Assembly (NCBI RefSeq): GCF_018977255.1 | Contig: NW_024704743.1 | Coordinates: 36,582,001 to 36,646,000 of the forward strand | DNA length: 64,000 nucleotides | Reading direction: 5' to 3' | Source: Callorhinchus milii | Taxonomy: Eukaryota | Shown: piece after piece, positions 13,469-25,730 of the stretch | Numbering within the stretch: the first letter of the stretch is position 1 | Layout of the letters: each line of letters begins with the position of its first letter | The notes under the pieces: generated by a model | What the model saw: only the letters and a program-made list of their open reading frames with translations | The model's database searches: none | What the model was told of the DNA's origin: nothing | Made by a program: the position numbers and the translations under genes

Positions 13469-15434
13469 GTATATTAAAGTGCACCATTTCAAATGCCTTG
13501 TTTGTTTGTTTGTTTGTTACTGATCAATTTTTTGTATTTGATAGTTTCAGGATAAATTGGCCTTACAGTTAAAAACACGGCATAAGCTTTTTAAAAAAAA
13601 ATCCAGGAGGGCAGGTGGGTTGATTGAAGATGGTGTCAAAGTGGGAAGTGTCTTGAGACAGACTTTGAAGGAGGCAAGGGAAGGATGAGGCAAAGGGACT
13701 CTGGGATGAAGTTCCAGAGAGTTAGAGCAGATAGTCTTAAGGCCTGACTGCCAATGCTGGACAGGAGACATGAAGCAGGTCAGTGCCTGCCGAGCAGAGA
13801 AATGGGCATGTTGGTAGAGTTTTAGAAGGTCACAGAGGTAAGGTAGAGTAAGACCATGAAGATGAAAAATTGTGCATCTTTAGACGATTTATTTGTGGCA
13901 GTTACTTTTTTATTTTTAGACTAGATAATAAGGGAAATAAACAGAATTTGAAGAAATGGATTAATGCTGAAATAAGAAGAATCTGTGAGAGATGGAAGTA
14001 GATAGGTAATTAAGTATTTAGTGTAGGGAGCGAAGGGGGCAAAATGAAATTGGGCCACAGTTGAATTGATTAGAAAAGTAGTATCAGGTGAGTTACAATA
14101 ATAAAAACCAAATGAGAAATGAAAAACTAGGAGGGTAAAGTGATGAGTATTGGTAGTTAATGTCATTTGCCATCAGAAACTCTGAGCCATAACTGTTTTC
14201 TCTCGGTTGGAAAATAGTTGACACCATGGGGTTGAAAGCAGAATACTTGTGGTATGTAGGTTCCTTAATGTGTGAAAATATTACAGTCTAGCAAAATCTC
14301 ACATGCTGATCAACAATACCGTACTTCTATAAATCTTTCTTTCAACGGCTATGCCATACTGGCGTGCCTATCATCCCCTGCAATGTATTTGTTTACAACT
14401 AAGAATGTCTCGTCTGTGAGTAAGATATTTCTGGGGATTTTATTTAAAATCGATTTGTAAATTAATAATATTTGCTTTGTCTAATATTAGGATATTTGTT
14501 TATGCTGCTTTATTAGATATTATGGAATTTCTTGCCTCATTTTCCCATAGATGATGCTTCAATAAGAGGGCTAGTTTCAAGAATTGTTTAGCTTCAATTG
14601 AACTGATAGTACAAACCACATACTGTATATATCACAGAGATGTAGCTGTCTGACAGTTCTCTTCTGCACTCTTGTGGCTCAAAGAAAAAGTACAATAAAT
14701 GTGAGCAGCAGATGAACAACTCAAGGCAAGAGTGTTGTCTCCCCTCTTTTCTCCCTTGCTTGGTTAGATATTCTTTATAGCTGAAACCAGGAGACGTATT
14801 GTCACGATTATTTAACTGTGCTGGTAATAAAGTTCAAGTGTTATCAGGTTTCTGCTTTTCTGCTTCGTTCCAGCTGTATACAATTTGCTCCCTTACCAGC
14901 TTTAAATACATTGCAGTTGAGTCTGAACCATTGCCAATGACCACGATAAGTTTTTTTCATACTCTTCAACCTTTTTGTTTGGATAATTGCATCTCTCCAG
15001 GCTTTTAGGTCTTCACCCATTGAAAATTCTTAAATACAACCATAATTTTGAAGCTGGAGATTCTGCAAGTTCTATTCCATAAGCAAACTGGCTTTACAGT
15101 TAAGACTGAATTCAACCATTTTCCAAATTCTGGGTCTTCTAAATGTGTGAGAAGTGGCGTGGAGCCAATGAGCTGGAAGATGGCTATTTTAGTATGAAAA
15201 GCCAGTTGGCATCCCTGCGCCATTAATAGTGTACATATTTCAACTGCATTATAAGGGAATTCATGCAACAGTGAAGTGCGTTATAATGGGGCTGGACTGT
15301 ATGCACAAGAAATTCCTTTACCTGACATGTTGGATATAGAACATGTTTCACAGATCCTTTGTGCTTTCACTCTCCTGTAATTGATTTTTGCAGTTGAATC
15401 CCAGAGTTTTGAAATTTCTTATGATCTTCATCTT

Positions 15435-15758
15435 GGAGTCCTGTAGCTCAGTGGTTGAGCACTCGCTTTGCAAGCTAGAGACCTGAGTTCAATTCCAGGC
15501 AGGGCGAAACCTTGGGCAAGTTTCCTTACTCCACACGCCTAATAATAATCCCTCCAAAACTAAAAACAATAATAAATTGGTCATTTTCAATCCACGACTG
15601 TTTGTGGGACATTGCTGTGCGCAATTGGCTGCCGCGTTCGCCCACAAATATACAGTCAATTCACTTTACAGTGTGTTCTGTGAAGCGCTTTGGGACGTCC
15701 TCCCGACGTGAAAAGCGCTATATCAAATGCAAGGATTATTATTAGGATTATTATTATT
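15435..15758 (+). mobile_element. Full-length young tRNA-Ala-derived SINE with atctt target-site duplication
   Basis: tRNA head with TGC anticodon loop, Deu/L2-type 3' half and (att)n tail. atctt occurs at 15430-15434 and 15759-15763. Confidence 0.93.
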
Positions 15759-15974
15759 ATCTTAAGACCATTGTTTTAAAATTTAAGATTGTACAGTAAT
15801 TTGGAACATCCTTACGCTTCATTCTTAATTGGGAAGCTGTTTTTTCCACTTTTTTTTAACTGGGCTTTCAAATTAGGTTTGTTGGTCATCTGCACTTTAT
15901 TGTGGAGAAATTGTGTCATTGGAAGATTATCCCTTTGAAACCTTTATGTTCTAGAACATTTTGCTCTTTTGCAG

Positions 15975-16079
15975 CTTGAAGCATTGTTTACCAATCAACA
16001 GGATATAGACTCACAAATCAAAGGCCTTATATACACTGATGCTGATCTTACAGTGACCCCTATTGTGGACAATCCCAAG
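15975..16079 (+). CDS. ULK4: ULK4 internal exon E, LEALFTNQQDIDSQIKGLIYTDADLTVTPIVDNPK
   Basis: ctcttttgcag acceptor, AAG|gtaatg donor, phase 0-0. Matches human QQDLESQMRELIYTDSDLVVTPIIDNPK. Confidence 0.96.
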
Positions 16080-17359
16080 GTAATGGAAAATTGGTTTCAC
16101 AAAAAATGTACTTGCTTTGTAGTCAAGCTACGAAATGCTATTCAAAAAGTAGGTTTGAATTCTAGAAAATATGTGTTTATTTTAGGAATTGTTGAGGACA
16201 GAAACTTATCATTATTGGAATATTCAAGATTCTAAAGGGTATAGATGGATAAACTGAGCCCTGATAATATAGTTGACATAACAAAAATATTTGTTAAATA
16301 TTGGGGAATAAGTCCATTACAGTTTATGAGAGATTTAGTGTAGGATTATTTTTATTTTGGCTGGGCCTCACTGGTCTTCTCCGACATAATGAAACATTTT
16401 TTTTTTAAAAAATGGGATTTTAAGATGAGAAACATCCAAACATGTACCTTGTTACTAGGTTTCTGTGTGTTTTTCCTATATTTGACTGTCAATTTTACTA
16501 TATTTAGCTGTAATTTTCTAGTGTATTTATTTCTCTGTGATTGTTTGAGGGTAATTAAGCTACAAGAAAAATATGTAACCAATAAAAGTGCTTGTGTACA
16601 ATCGAATAGGTAGAGAAATGTAGGGAAAAGTGCACGGCATATATTTGTTAACAAACAAGACAGAAGGGAAAAGTGCCTCTTGTTCTAAATTGCTCATCTT
16701 AAAACCAGCTTCAGAGTGACATTAGTGGAGGCCAGTGTACAGTGTAGCCCCCAGCCCTCTTGGCTAGGGTTGTTGGTTTCAAAACCAAAGAAGGAGGAAA
16801 ATACGAGAGACAACTAGGTGCATTTTCAAGGCTTCTGTGCTTTATTTTATTGATTGGGTCATCGTGAGTTCCACTGTTGATTTGGTTTCAGGTTTTATGT
16901 ACACCATATGTATGGGTGAGAAGCAGTGAGTGGGGTGGGGGGTAAATAGAGCCACAAGTCTGCATTCAGGGAAGAAATTGATTGACAGGTACTGTACAAC
17001 ATATATCAACTAATTTTATAATGTTTATCATGTAATTATTATCATTTTATATATCAATAAAATAATAGTACACCATGTTAGCAATACCTAAAAAGCATTA
17101 TATAAAAGTGAATTTTATTGTATCTGTCTGAAATCTTGAAATCTAAAAGCCAAAATAGTAGTTATGCCAGCATTTAGATAGCTCTTTTATTTTTAATTTG
17201 TGTCTGCAATTTGAAAGCGTACTCGAAATATTGAGCTTAGTTAAACTTCCAAAGAAACTGCAGTTTCTAGGCTAATTTGCATTCCATTCTATCTTATGTT
17301 AAGTTTTATTTCTATGTACTGTGCTGTTAAATGTATTTCTCCATGTGTCTGATTTGCAG

Positions 17360-17420
17360 ATACTGAAGCAGATGCCCTTGAAGTTTGACTCTAAAACGCT
17401 AAATGTTCCAGCTTATTCAG
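17360..17420 (+). CDS. ULK4: ULK4 internal exon F, ILKQMPLKFDSKTLNVPAYS
   Basis: tttgcag acceptor, G|gtaagt donor, phase 0-1. Matches human IMKQPPVKFDAKILHLPTYS. Confidence 0.95.
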
Positions 17421-18749
17421 GTAAGTGTTAGATTCCATTAATGAATCCAATTTCAGTTTATGCTATCAATCCAATCATTTTGGCAGATGCAATATCTTCA
17501 TTTTTAGTGTATTCTTCTGTTGACTGTCCTTGGGTCATTATTATGGGTAAAATCCATCAGTGTATAAATTGAAATGATTTTTAATTGGTGAGAACCAAAA
17601 CATTGTGTTATGATGTTGCCTGCTCTTTCCGTCTGTGCTTTCAAGATCCATTTATAAGTGCTAACTTGTACCTTCAGCATTTGCACAATGTTTTTTTAAG
17701 ATAAGAGTTCCTACCATCATATTGGCTACTGCACTTCTAATACAGTCACTACACTTAACAGAAATGATGTGTGAAATTCATTGAAATATTTCAATGTTCT
17801 ATGTGCTGAATTAAATACAAGGCTTATTTATTTGTTGTTCACAATAAGTTATATGATAATTAGTGATATTTCATTCTTTACTACAAAACAAAGTTAAATT
17901 ATAAGTGAATAACATATAGTGTTCTGTGTTTGTAGTTTTATTGCAGTGAAAAGGGTAACAATGTGTTCCTGGATTAACGCATTTCACTTTTGCCGTGTCT
18001 AAGAGCTAAGTATTTAATTGACAAATGCATTTAACAAGCTAATGCAGGATTTACAAAGCTTTGCACCTTCTTCATTTAATCGTATTAAGAAACACTAATC
18101 AAACATGTCAGAACAATTTGCCAACTGTGCGTGAAATAGTTTTGTATGTTAGTATAATTAGAAGAAATTGGTTGGTAACTTCAGTGTTTAGCCTTATATC
18201 ATTAACTGTAATTAAACAGGACGTGTTCTTGAGCCAATTTTGTGGAGCTGCTTTTGTTTGTCTGCCTGTCTGAAATGACTATTTAATTACACTTTTTGTA
18301 TGAGTGAAACAAGTGACTATTGGATCACTGGGGTCTTCATTTAATCAGTACTGATGAGCATAGGAAAACAGGAGGAGGCATTTCAGCCATTTAGACTGTT
18401 CCACAAGTTTATTAGAGCTTGGCGGGTGTTTAATACCAATCCCTTTCGCTATACACTTTAGTACTGTACTATCCTATTTGAGTTAAGTGTTGGTTCAAGG
18501 TTGAGTAATATATTTTTCTATGAATTTTCGAGGAACCAGAGGTGTTTTATTTTATATAGTTCTACCTAGAATAAAGTTTAGTTTGCCTATAAATACACAG
18601 TCACTACACTTTACAGTAAAATCTTGTGTAGCCCTTTGAGACATCTCAATGGCGCTAGATCAAATGCAAGGTTTATGATTAGTAGTTGTTGTATTATAAA
18701 TAGACAGCAAGGAAATGAATCATTCAATGCTGATATTCCTACTCCACAT

Positions 18750-19030
18750 GAACCTTCACCTCTCCTATTCCCTCTTTCATTCGCCTCTACCTCTTTCTTC
18801 CGTGTGTATTCATTTAGTTTGCTCTTAAATCCATTGATGCTTTGTGCTTTAAATCATTGCTTCTGGCAGTTTGTTCCCTATTCTCACCACTGTATGAATA
18901 AAGAGGTTCCTCCTAACTCCCTTTTAGATCTGTTATTGGCTATTTGTTTTGGATTCATCAACAAGTAGAAACAGCCTTTTAACATCCACCTTATCAAATT
19001 CTTTGATAATTTTAAACATCTCTATCAGGT
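18750..19030 (-). mobile_element. Old CR1-type LINE 3' remnant (related remnants at about 43915-44230 and 57980-58330)
   Basis: Motifs tggcagtttgttcc...tctcaccact...aagag and aacaggaggaggccattcagccc, recalled as typical of CR1 3' ends on the antisense strand. Confidence 0.55.
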
Positions 19031-19498
19031 CGAAACAGTCTCATCTCCGGAGAGAAAAGCTCTTTATTGATACTTATATCCATTCATCCCTCATATTTGT
19101 AGCCAATCACAGCAGCCATCTTTCACATGTAAAGTCTGACAAACGGCTAGGAAGTAAATAGATAATTTATCTGGTGGATTATTGACCATAATTCTTTGAA
19201 CAATTTTATAGGATTTATGATGTCCACCTAAACAGGCAGTTGGGATCTCAATTTAGTATCTCATCTGAAAGACAACACCTTCGACAATACCGTGCCCTTT
19301 CAGTCCTCCACTGTCAGCTTGAGCTCAAATTCCATGAAATGAGAACAATTGACAAATGTGCAAAACTGTTTTATCAGGGGTTTTGGGAGATGGGGAGCAT
19401 CTCCTCTTGCATAAGTATTTTAGAACTTGTCATCTGAAATCTGAGCGATGCCATAAGAAAATGTACATGATAAGATAGGAGCTTTGTTATTAGAGCAG

Positions 19499-19553
19499 AT
19501 ACCCAAGCCCATGAAGTTTAATGCTGAAATGCCAAATATTCCAATCTATTCAG
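19499..19553 (+). pseudogene. Decayed duplicate (pseudo-exon) of ULK4 exon F, IPKPMKFNAEMPNIPIYS
   Basis: 42/55 identity to 17360-17420 by manual alignment, plus a 6-nt deletion. Donor is mutated to ataagt. The downstream intron is also duplicated. Confidence 0.9.
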
Positions 19554-19624
19554 ATAAGTGTTAGCGATTCCATCAATAAATCCAATTTCAGTTTATACTA
19601 TAACCTTATGTTATTGGCACATGC

Positions 19625-20538
19625 AACAACAACAGCAAAATTACAGTTATAGAGCGCCTTTCACATCGTGAGGATGTCCCAAAGCGCTGAACAGTCAGAT
19701 GTCAGGGCCCGAGCATGGGGGAGGGGTGGTGTAGGGGCGCAGGAAGACAGAGAGGTGGGACGGCGACCCAAGGCAAGATCGAAGAGAAGGGTCTTGAGAC
19801 CGGCCTTGAAGGAGGCAAGGGAGGAAGCGAGGCGAAGGGACTGTGGGATGGAGTTCCAGAGTATGGGGGCAGAGAGGCTGAAAGCCCGGGCACCGAGGTA
19901 GGGTGGGTCAGGTGGGAGACATGGAGCAGGCCGGAGCCCGCTGAACTGAGGGAGCGCGCAGGTTGGTAGGGAGTCAGCAGGTCAGAGAGGTAGGAGGGGG
20001 CAAGGCCATGGATGGCCTTGAAAGTGAGGACGAGGATTTCAAATTCGATTCACTGAGGGATGGGAAGCCAATGGAGTCGGGTGAGGGTGGGAGTGATGAG
20101 GTCACGGAGCCTGGTGCCGAGAGTACACGAGCTGCAGAATTTTGGATGATCTGCAACTTGTGAAGGGAAGAGTTGGGAAGGCCGATGAAGAGGGAGTTTC
20201 CGTAATCGAGCCTTGATGTGACAAATGTGCGGATAAGGGTTCGGCAGCCTGAGGGGTGAGGCAGTGGCGGAGTCTGGCAATGTTGCGGAGGTGGTGGTAG
20301 GCAGTGCCGGTCATGGCACGGATGTGGGGGAGAAAGAACAGTTCAGGGTCAAACAAGATACCCAGGTTCCTGACTGGCTCAGTGAGGTTGAGTGTGTAGC
20401 TGTTGAGGCTGATGCTGCCAACGCCCAAGGTGCGGAGGCGCTGGCGTGAGCCAATCGGGAGGGCCTCGGTCTTGCTGACGTTGAGTTGGAGAAAGTTGTC
20501 CCTCGTCCAGGACTTGATGTTGGACAGGCAGTCGGTCA
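19625..20538 (-). mobile_element. L2 LINE, 5'-truncated, inserted into the duplicated exon-F segment
   Basis: (caa)n tail; [17 protein letters not shown] and IIQNSAARV fragments. Confidence 0.92.
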
Positions 20539-21892
20539 GAATTTATCACATGTAGTACTTGTGGGTTGTATTTTTCTGCCTTGACTATCCTCAAGCCATT
20601 CTTACAGACAAAATCCATCAGTGTACAAATTAAAATGATTCTTAATTGGTGAGTAGCAAGGAATTGTGTTTTGATGTTGCCTGCTGTCTCTATCTACAGC
20701 ACCTTGGGATGTTTGCCCGACATGAAAGGCGCTATACAAATGTAATTTTTTGTTGTTGTTTTGGAATGCATTTATAAATGCATAAACTTGTCATCTCAGC
20801 ATCCATAACATGTTTTTTTCTAGCAGCTTTGATAAGACTTCCTACCATCATATTGGCTGTTGCATTTACCTACAAATACAGCCACTACATTTGATAGCAA
20901 TGACATGTAAAGCTTTTGGAGATGTTTAATAGTATAGGTGTCAAATCCAAAATGTACTTATTTGTCATTCACAACAACCTGCATGGTAATTATTGACAAT
21001 TTATTAATTTTAACAAAAAAAAGTCAAATTGCAAGTTAATCACCCCATCACTCCCACCCTCGCCCGACTCCACTGGCTCCTCATCCCCCAGGGGATCGAG
21101 TTCAAGATCCTCATCCTCACTTTTAATGCTTTGGGTTATGTTTCACCTAAATATACCTAGATTAACAATTTTTTTTGCTATATTGGAGAGAAATACTTTA
21201 TTGCCTAATATGAATAATGACAAGTTGCATTCATATAGTGCCCTTCATGCTGTGTAGCCTCTCAGAAAAGTGGTGGAGCTTGACACCAATGCCAGGGAGA
21301 GAGGGGAGGGGCCATAGGCATGGTCGAAGAGGGTGGGGCAAGGTATGGGGATTGAGGCAGAAAGTTCCAGAGTCTTGGGATATAAGGACTGAAAGCACAG
21401 AGAGGACGAAGGATATAGGGGAGGCCAGAGCCAGCTGAGTGAAGCGAGAAGATAGAGAAGTGGAGCTTAAATTCTGGTGAATTTAATACAGTTCAGGATT
21501 TGTGATGTGCTGTACCTTCTTCGTAGCTAAAAAAAAGTTGAGTTTTTCACATGGTCACACATTTAACACCTGGGACTACCCATCTTTTGCTTTTTTCACG
21601 TTACCTGGTGGAATGCTATGGAGATATTATATTCCATCTTGTAGTTGATATTTGTAGCCAAACGCGGGAGATACTTTGCAAATAAGAAGGGCTCACAAAC
21701 AGACATGAAGTCATCCAAAATTGACTCAACAGTTACTAAGGATTGGTTAGTGTCTGGCTGCAGAGTTCTAGTTTGCTTGTGGGTGGTCGTTCTTCAAAAC
21801 TGAAGAATAATTTTGATGTACAGTATGGGGTTACATTCTTTACATTACGAAGGGTGAAGTTAATGGTGAACTTGTTGCTTGTTAAATTACAG

Positions 21893-22074
21893 CTGACAAA
21901 TTGACATCTTTAAAGGAACAGGATTGGAATGCTTTTGTGCAGCAGCTGTGCTTGCTGGTTGTTTCTGGAGAGAAGACTTCAGGGGCACCTCGAGTGAAGT
22001 TGAACTTGCTATGCTATCTGTGTACTGTGGTCAGCCACAAGGAGGTTGCTACAAAGCTAATGGACTCACAGCTG
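21893..22074 (+). CDS. ULK4: ULK4 internal exon G, ADKLTSLKEQDWNAFVQQLC...KLNLLCYLCTVVSHKEVATKLMDSQL
   Basis: ttacag acceptor, CTG|gtaagt donor, phase 1-0. Matches human DKLLFLKDQDWNDFLQQVC...KLNLLCYLCVVAGHQEVATRL. Confidence 0.97.
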
Positions 22075-23442
22075 GTAAGTAACAAACTCTCTTGTGCCAG
22101 AAACCGGCTGTATAGATACCAGACGTTCCAATGGCATTCTGAAAAGGGTGATCTTACATTCTATTTTTAAAAAATTACACCCATTGCATACGTACCCTGA
22201 ATAAAAGTAGACTTAGAAGACCAAGGTTTACTGAAGAATTATTGCAATGAACATATGAAACAAGCACTTAGCATTTTGTTGTACATTTGATGTATATGGA
22301 TGAATAGTTGCGTTTCATGTGAAGTAGAGCATATTGGTATTCTGATTCAAATGAGCAGTTTATTTTCACATGGGACATGCATTTAATTTTTCAAATTAGT
22401 ATCCTGGTTAATGGCCTTTTTTGACACCAAAACTGGTAAAGAATTATGAGCATCATTTTTTATTCTTTCTCTTTATGCTTTTTCTTTTCTCTCATATCCC
22501 TGTGGAAAAATACATCACTCCATTCAGTACTGTGATGATGGCAATAACACTGGGTGGGAGAAAGAAGTAATTACTGGAGAAAGGAGGTTCTCCTGGTTTC
22601 CTGGCTAACAATCCCACAAATAAAATTAGTCACTCACTCCATAGTTGTTTGTGGGACATTGCTGTGGACAAATTGGCTGCTGCATTCTCCCACAAAACAC
22701 AGTGATACCACCTTACAGTATATCTCATGTAGCCCTTTGAAATGTCTTGACACCGTGATAAAGCGCTATATCAAATACAAGGATTATTATTATATTATTA
22801 TAGTATAGGTAAAATCCTTGATCTAGTGTTTCATGATTCACCTCCCTCCTATGTTTGCATTTTTGGAACCCAATGTAGACATTAAGCACTCTCAGTTTAG
22901 GAAAGGCAAAGATGAATGTAGAAGCTGCCTCCAATCTTTCTCCCAATAATGTGCTTCACTCAAGCAAGCACTGCATTCACATGATAATTTTCATTTCCCT
23001 GTTGTGATCCTATTGAATGTAATTCTCATTTAGAGTTAAATATAATTTTGCTGAGAGGCTCTGCCCTCCTGGAACTGGTTTGATACAGGATCACTGATCC
23101 AGCAGACAGGAGACTTTCTTCCCATCAGTTCATCTGTCTTTATTGAGTCTCCCTGGTCATGTGTACATTGACTTCTGAAAGTGTCTGTTCTGCTAGACAT
23201 GGAGAATAAGTCACTGTGAAATACAGAAGGCAACAGCGCAAGGCTAGCGCTGACCTTCACCCCTATTATCCCTGGGCACTGCAGCAACCAGATACAATTT
23301 AGAACATCTCTGCTGAAACTGTCAATCATATAAACAGATTCCCCCTCCCCCAAATATTGCTGTGCTACCACAATATAATTACATTCAGGTTTGTATATCT
23401 GTCAACCTACTAAAATACATACATTGTGCCTTTTCTTTCCAG

Positions 23443-23489
23443 TTTCCACTGTTAATACAGCAGCTGCGAGCGGCTCCAAATTGGGATGT
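23443..23489 (+). CDS. ULK4: ULK4 internal exon H, FPLLIQQLRAAPNWDV
   Basis: ttttctttccag acceptor, GT|gtaagt donor, phase 0-2. Matches human FQLLIQHLRIAPNWDI. Confidence 0.95.
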
Positions 23490-23924
23490 GTAAGTATGGC
23501 ATGCCTCATTGCAAGAATAGAAAGCATCTGTTTGATACATCATTACTATCCATTTTTAGAAGGGATTCTTTTATCTTTTAAAGCCTCTAGATTTAGTTTG
23601 CTAAGAATTCATATGCCCTCTACTGGCATAAAAAGGTAAATCTTCACAGGATGTTAAACCCTTAGAACAAAGTTCTATGTCAGACTACTGGATTGAATCT
23701 ACATAGCCAGATATTCTGTAGAACCCTGTTGATATATCTAGAAAGAAATACAGGCTGCTCTTATTAAATTCTCTTATTAAATGTAGGAGATGAGAACCCA
23801 TTCTAGATTAAGGAATCTAGAACCAGGGACTTTTATGGTTTCTTGGAACACATTACAGGATCCATGAGATTGAGAAACATCATAAGGATGCATGGTTAGA
23901 AAAGGTCAATGTATGGAAGTTATA

Positions 23925-24114
23925 CAGTAAACTCCTGATAACTTGTCACTCCAAGGGAAAAGGGCTCAGTGACTAATTATTCGGTATGGCAAATTAAATT
24001 ACTGAATGTAATTATATTGTGATAGCACAGCAATATTTGGGGGGATGTTGACAGCATGATGACTTAAATGGTAGAGACAAGTTAAGCTAGGGTTGAGTTA
24101 TCAGGAGTTTACTG
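23925..24114. mobile_element. Tc1/mariner (Tigger/pogo-like) MITE
   Basis: Perfect 19-bp TIRs cagtaaactcctgataact (23925-23943) and agttatcaggagtttactg (24096-24114). TA on the left, TG on the right. Confidence 0.8.
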
Positions 24115-25404
24115 TGTGTGATATATATAAAGTGCTGATATATATATCACACACACTGTGTATATTATAATTAAGTTATCTTTATGCAATGTGATTGAAA
24201 GAAGGCTCTGTGCATGATTTCTTAAAATCTCAAACCAGGCACAAACAGATTTATCAGTTTGTAAGCTAATTTCTTAGCAACACATTCCACATTCTGCGTG
24301 TATGTAAGTAATCTCTCATTTTATTACCAAAAATAATCTTAATAATAATAATCCTTGCATTTTATATAGCACTTTTCAAGTCTTCTCGACGTCTCAAAGA
24401 GCTTCACAGAATATGCTGTAAAGTGAATTGACTGTAGATTTGTGGGCGAAATGCGGCAGCCAATTGTGCACAGCAGTGTCCCACAAACAGTCGTGGATTG
24501 AAAATGACCAATTTATCATTGTTTTGTTTTTGGAGGGATTATTATCTTAGATTAATGCTATCTGAAATTTCTTATTAAATGTTCCCTGGTATCATTTTGT
24601 AATGGCAGATGTCTGAAGTATTGCACCATATTTCTTAAGCATGACACAGTGACGCCACCATCCTCAGACTGCATGAAATCTCCACTTTGGTACACTCTTG
24701 GTATCCTACACATAGCTTAAAGAAATTAGAACAAATGTTTTGCCAGGGGTAGAATAATTATCACATGGCTTGCACTGCTTTAAGATGTCGTAACATAATT
24801 CAGGAGACATTGTCCATATGGCTCCTGCTCACTATAAATAGTGCATTTCAACTAAGTGCCAATTATTTTTTTCAACACCTTTTTCCTGTGAAGTTTTCTC
24901 ATCTTTGTATCAGTTGATTCCTTCAAACCTTCTACTGTTTTCCATTTTTGCCATAAGTTTCCCAATTGTTTTTCTGTTTCTATGGATTGTTGAACATTTT
25001 GCATGGCATGCTTATCTCTGCAATATTCAATTCACTTTACTGTATATTCCTTGACTTATTGAAGCTGTGATAAGGCACTAGATCAAATGCAAGGATTATT
25101 ATTAACTAAATTATTGACCGTTTAGGGTTCAAGCGCTACTTACTGTTGGAAAAAAGGCATTAGAAAGTGGCTGTGCTGCTTTTACATTGAACACATTGGT
25201 AATACCTATTTAAAAATATTCAATTTGTCATTGGGTTTTGGCCTGTAACCGTTGGGGTGATTGCCAGTGATTCCAAGTGGTTTTGTAATGATAAAGAAGA
25301 AAATCTGGAGTGAAATCTCCCTCGTCTTTGTGGTAATTTTACATCTTTATGGTAAATTTCTAACCAGTATTAGCCGGTCCAACTCACCAATCCAGGTATC
25401 AGCC

Positions 25405-25730
25405 TCACTCAGTTGCAAGCCCTCTCACCTCTGAGTCAGAAGATTTGGGTTCAAGCCCCAGATCGAGCTTATAGCCTAGGTTGACATTCTACTGCATTGC
25501 TGGGGGAATACTGTATGATTCAAAGTGCTGTCTGTTCAGCTGGATGTGAAAGATGGAATGACTTTTCAAAAGAGAGGGGAGTTTCTCATGGTGTCTTCTG
25601 GCTAGAAATCCCCCAGATAAATCATTAACTATTTTACGTTTACACAATTGCTACACTTTACAGAAAACTCTGAAATGCTTTGAAATGTTTCAACTTAATC
25701 AAGCTTTATATCAAATACAAGGATTATTAA
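25405..25730 (+). mobile_element. Older tRNA-headed Deu-domain SINE (SacSINE1-like)
   Basis: ctctcacctctgagtcagaag...gggttcaagcccca head and tggatgtgaaagat...gagaggggagtttctc core, as recalled for Deu-SINEs. Confidence 0.65.

Noticed and set aside
14657..14725. Possible extra ULK4 exon (tgacag...tcaag|gcaaga)
   Set aside because: Exons D and E join in phase 0, and in that frame this segment has a TAA. It also has a weak GC donor and no ULK4 similarity.
15435..15505. tRNA-Ala(TGC) genes at 15435, 8567, 6085(-) and tRNA-Ala(CGC) at 29368
   Set aside because: Each continues into a SINE body and lacks a proper acceptor stem, so these are SINE heads.
24113..24156. Small (TG)n(TA)n...(TA)n(CA)n hairpin beside the MITE
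   Set aside because: Explained by simple dinucleotide repeats; low information content.
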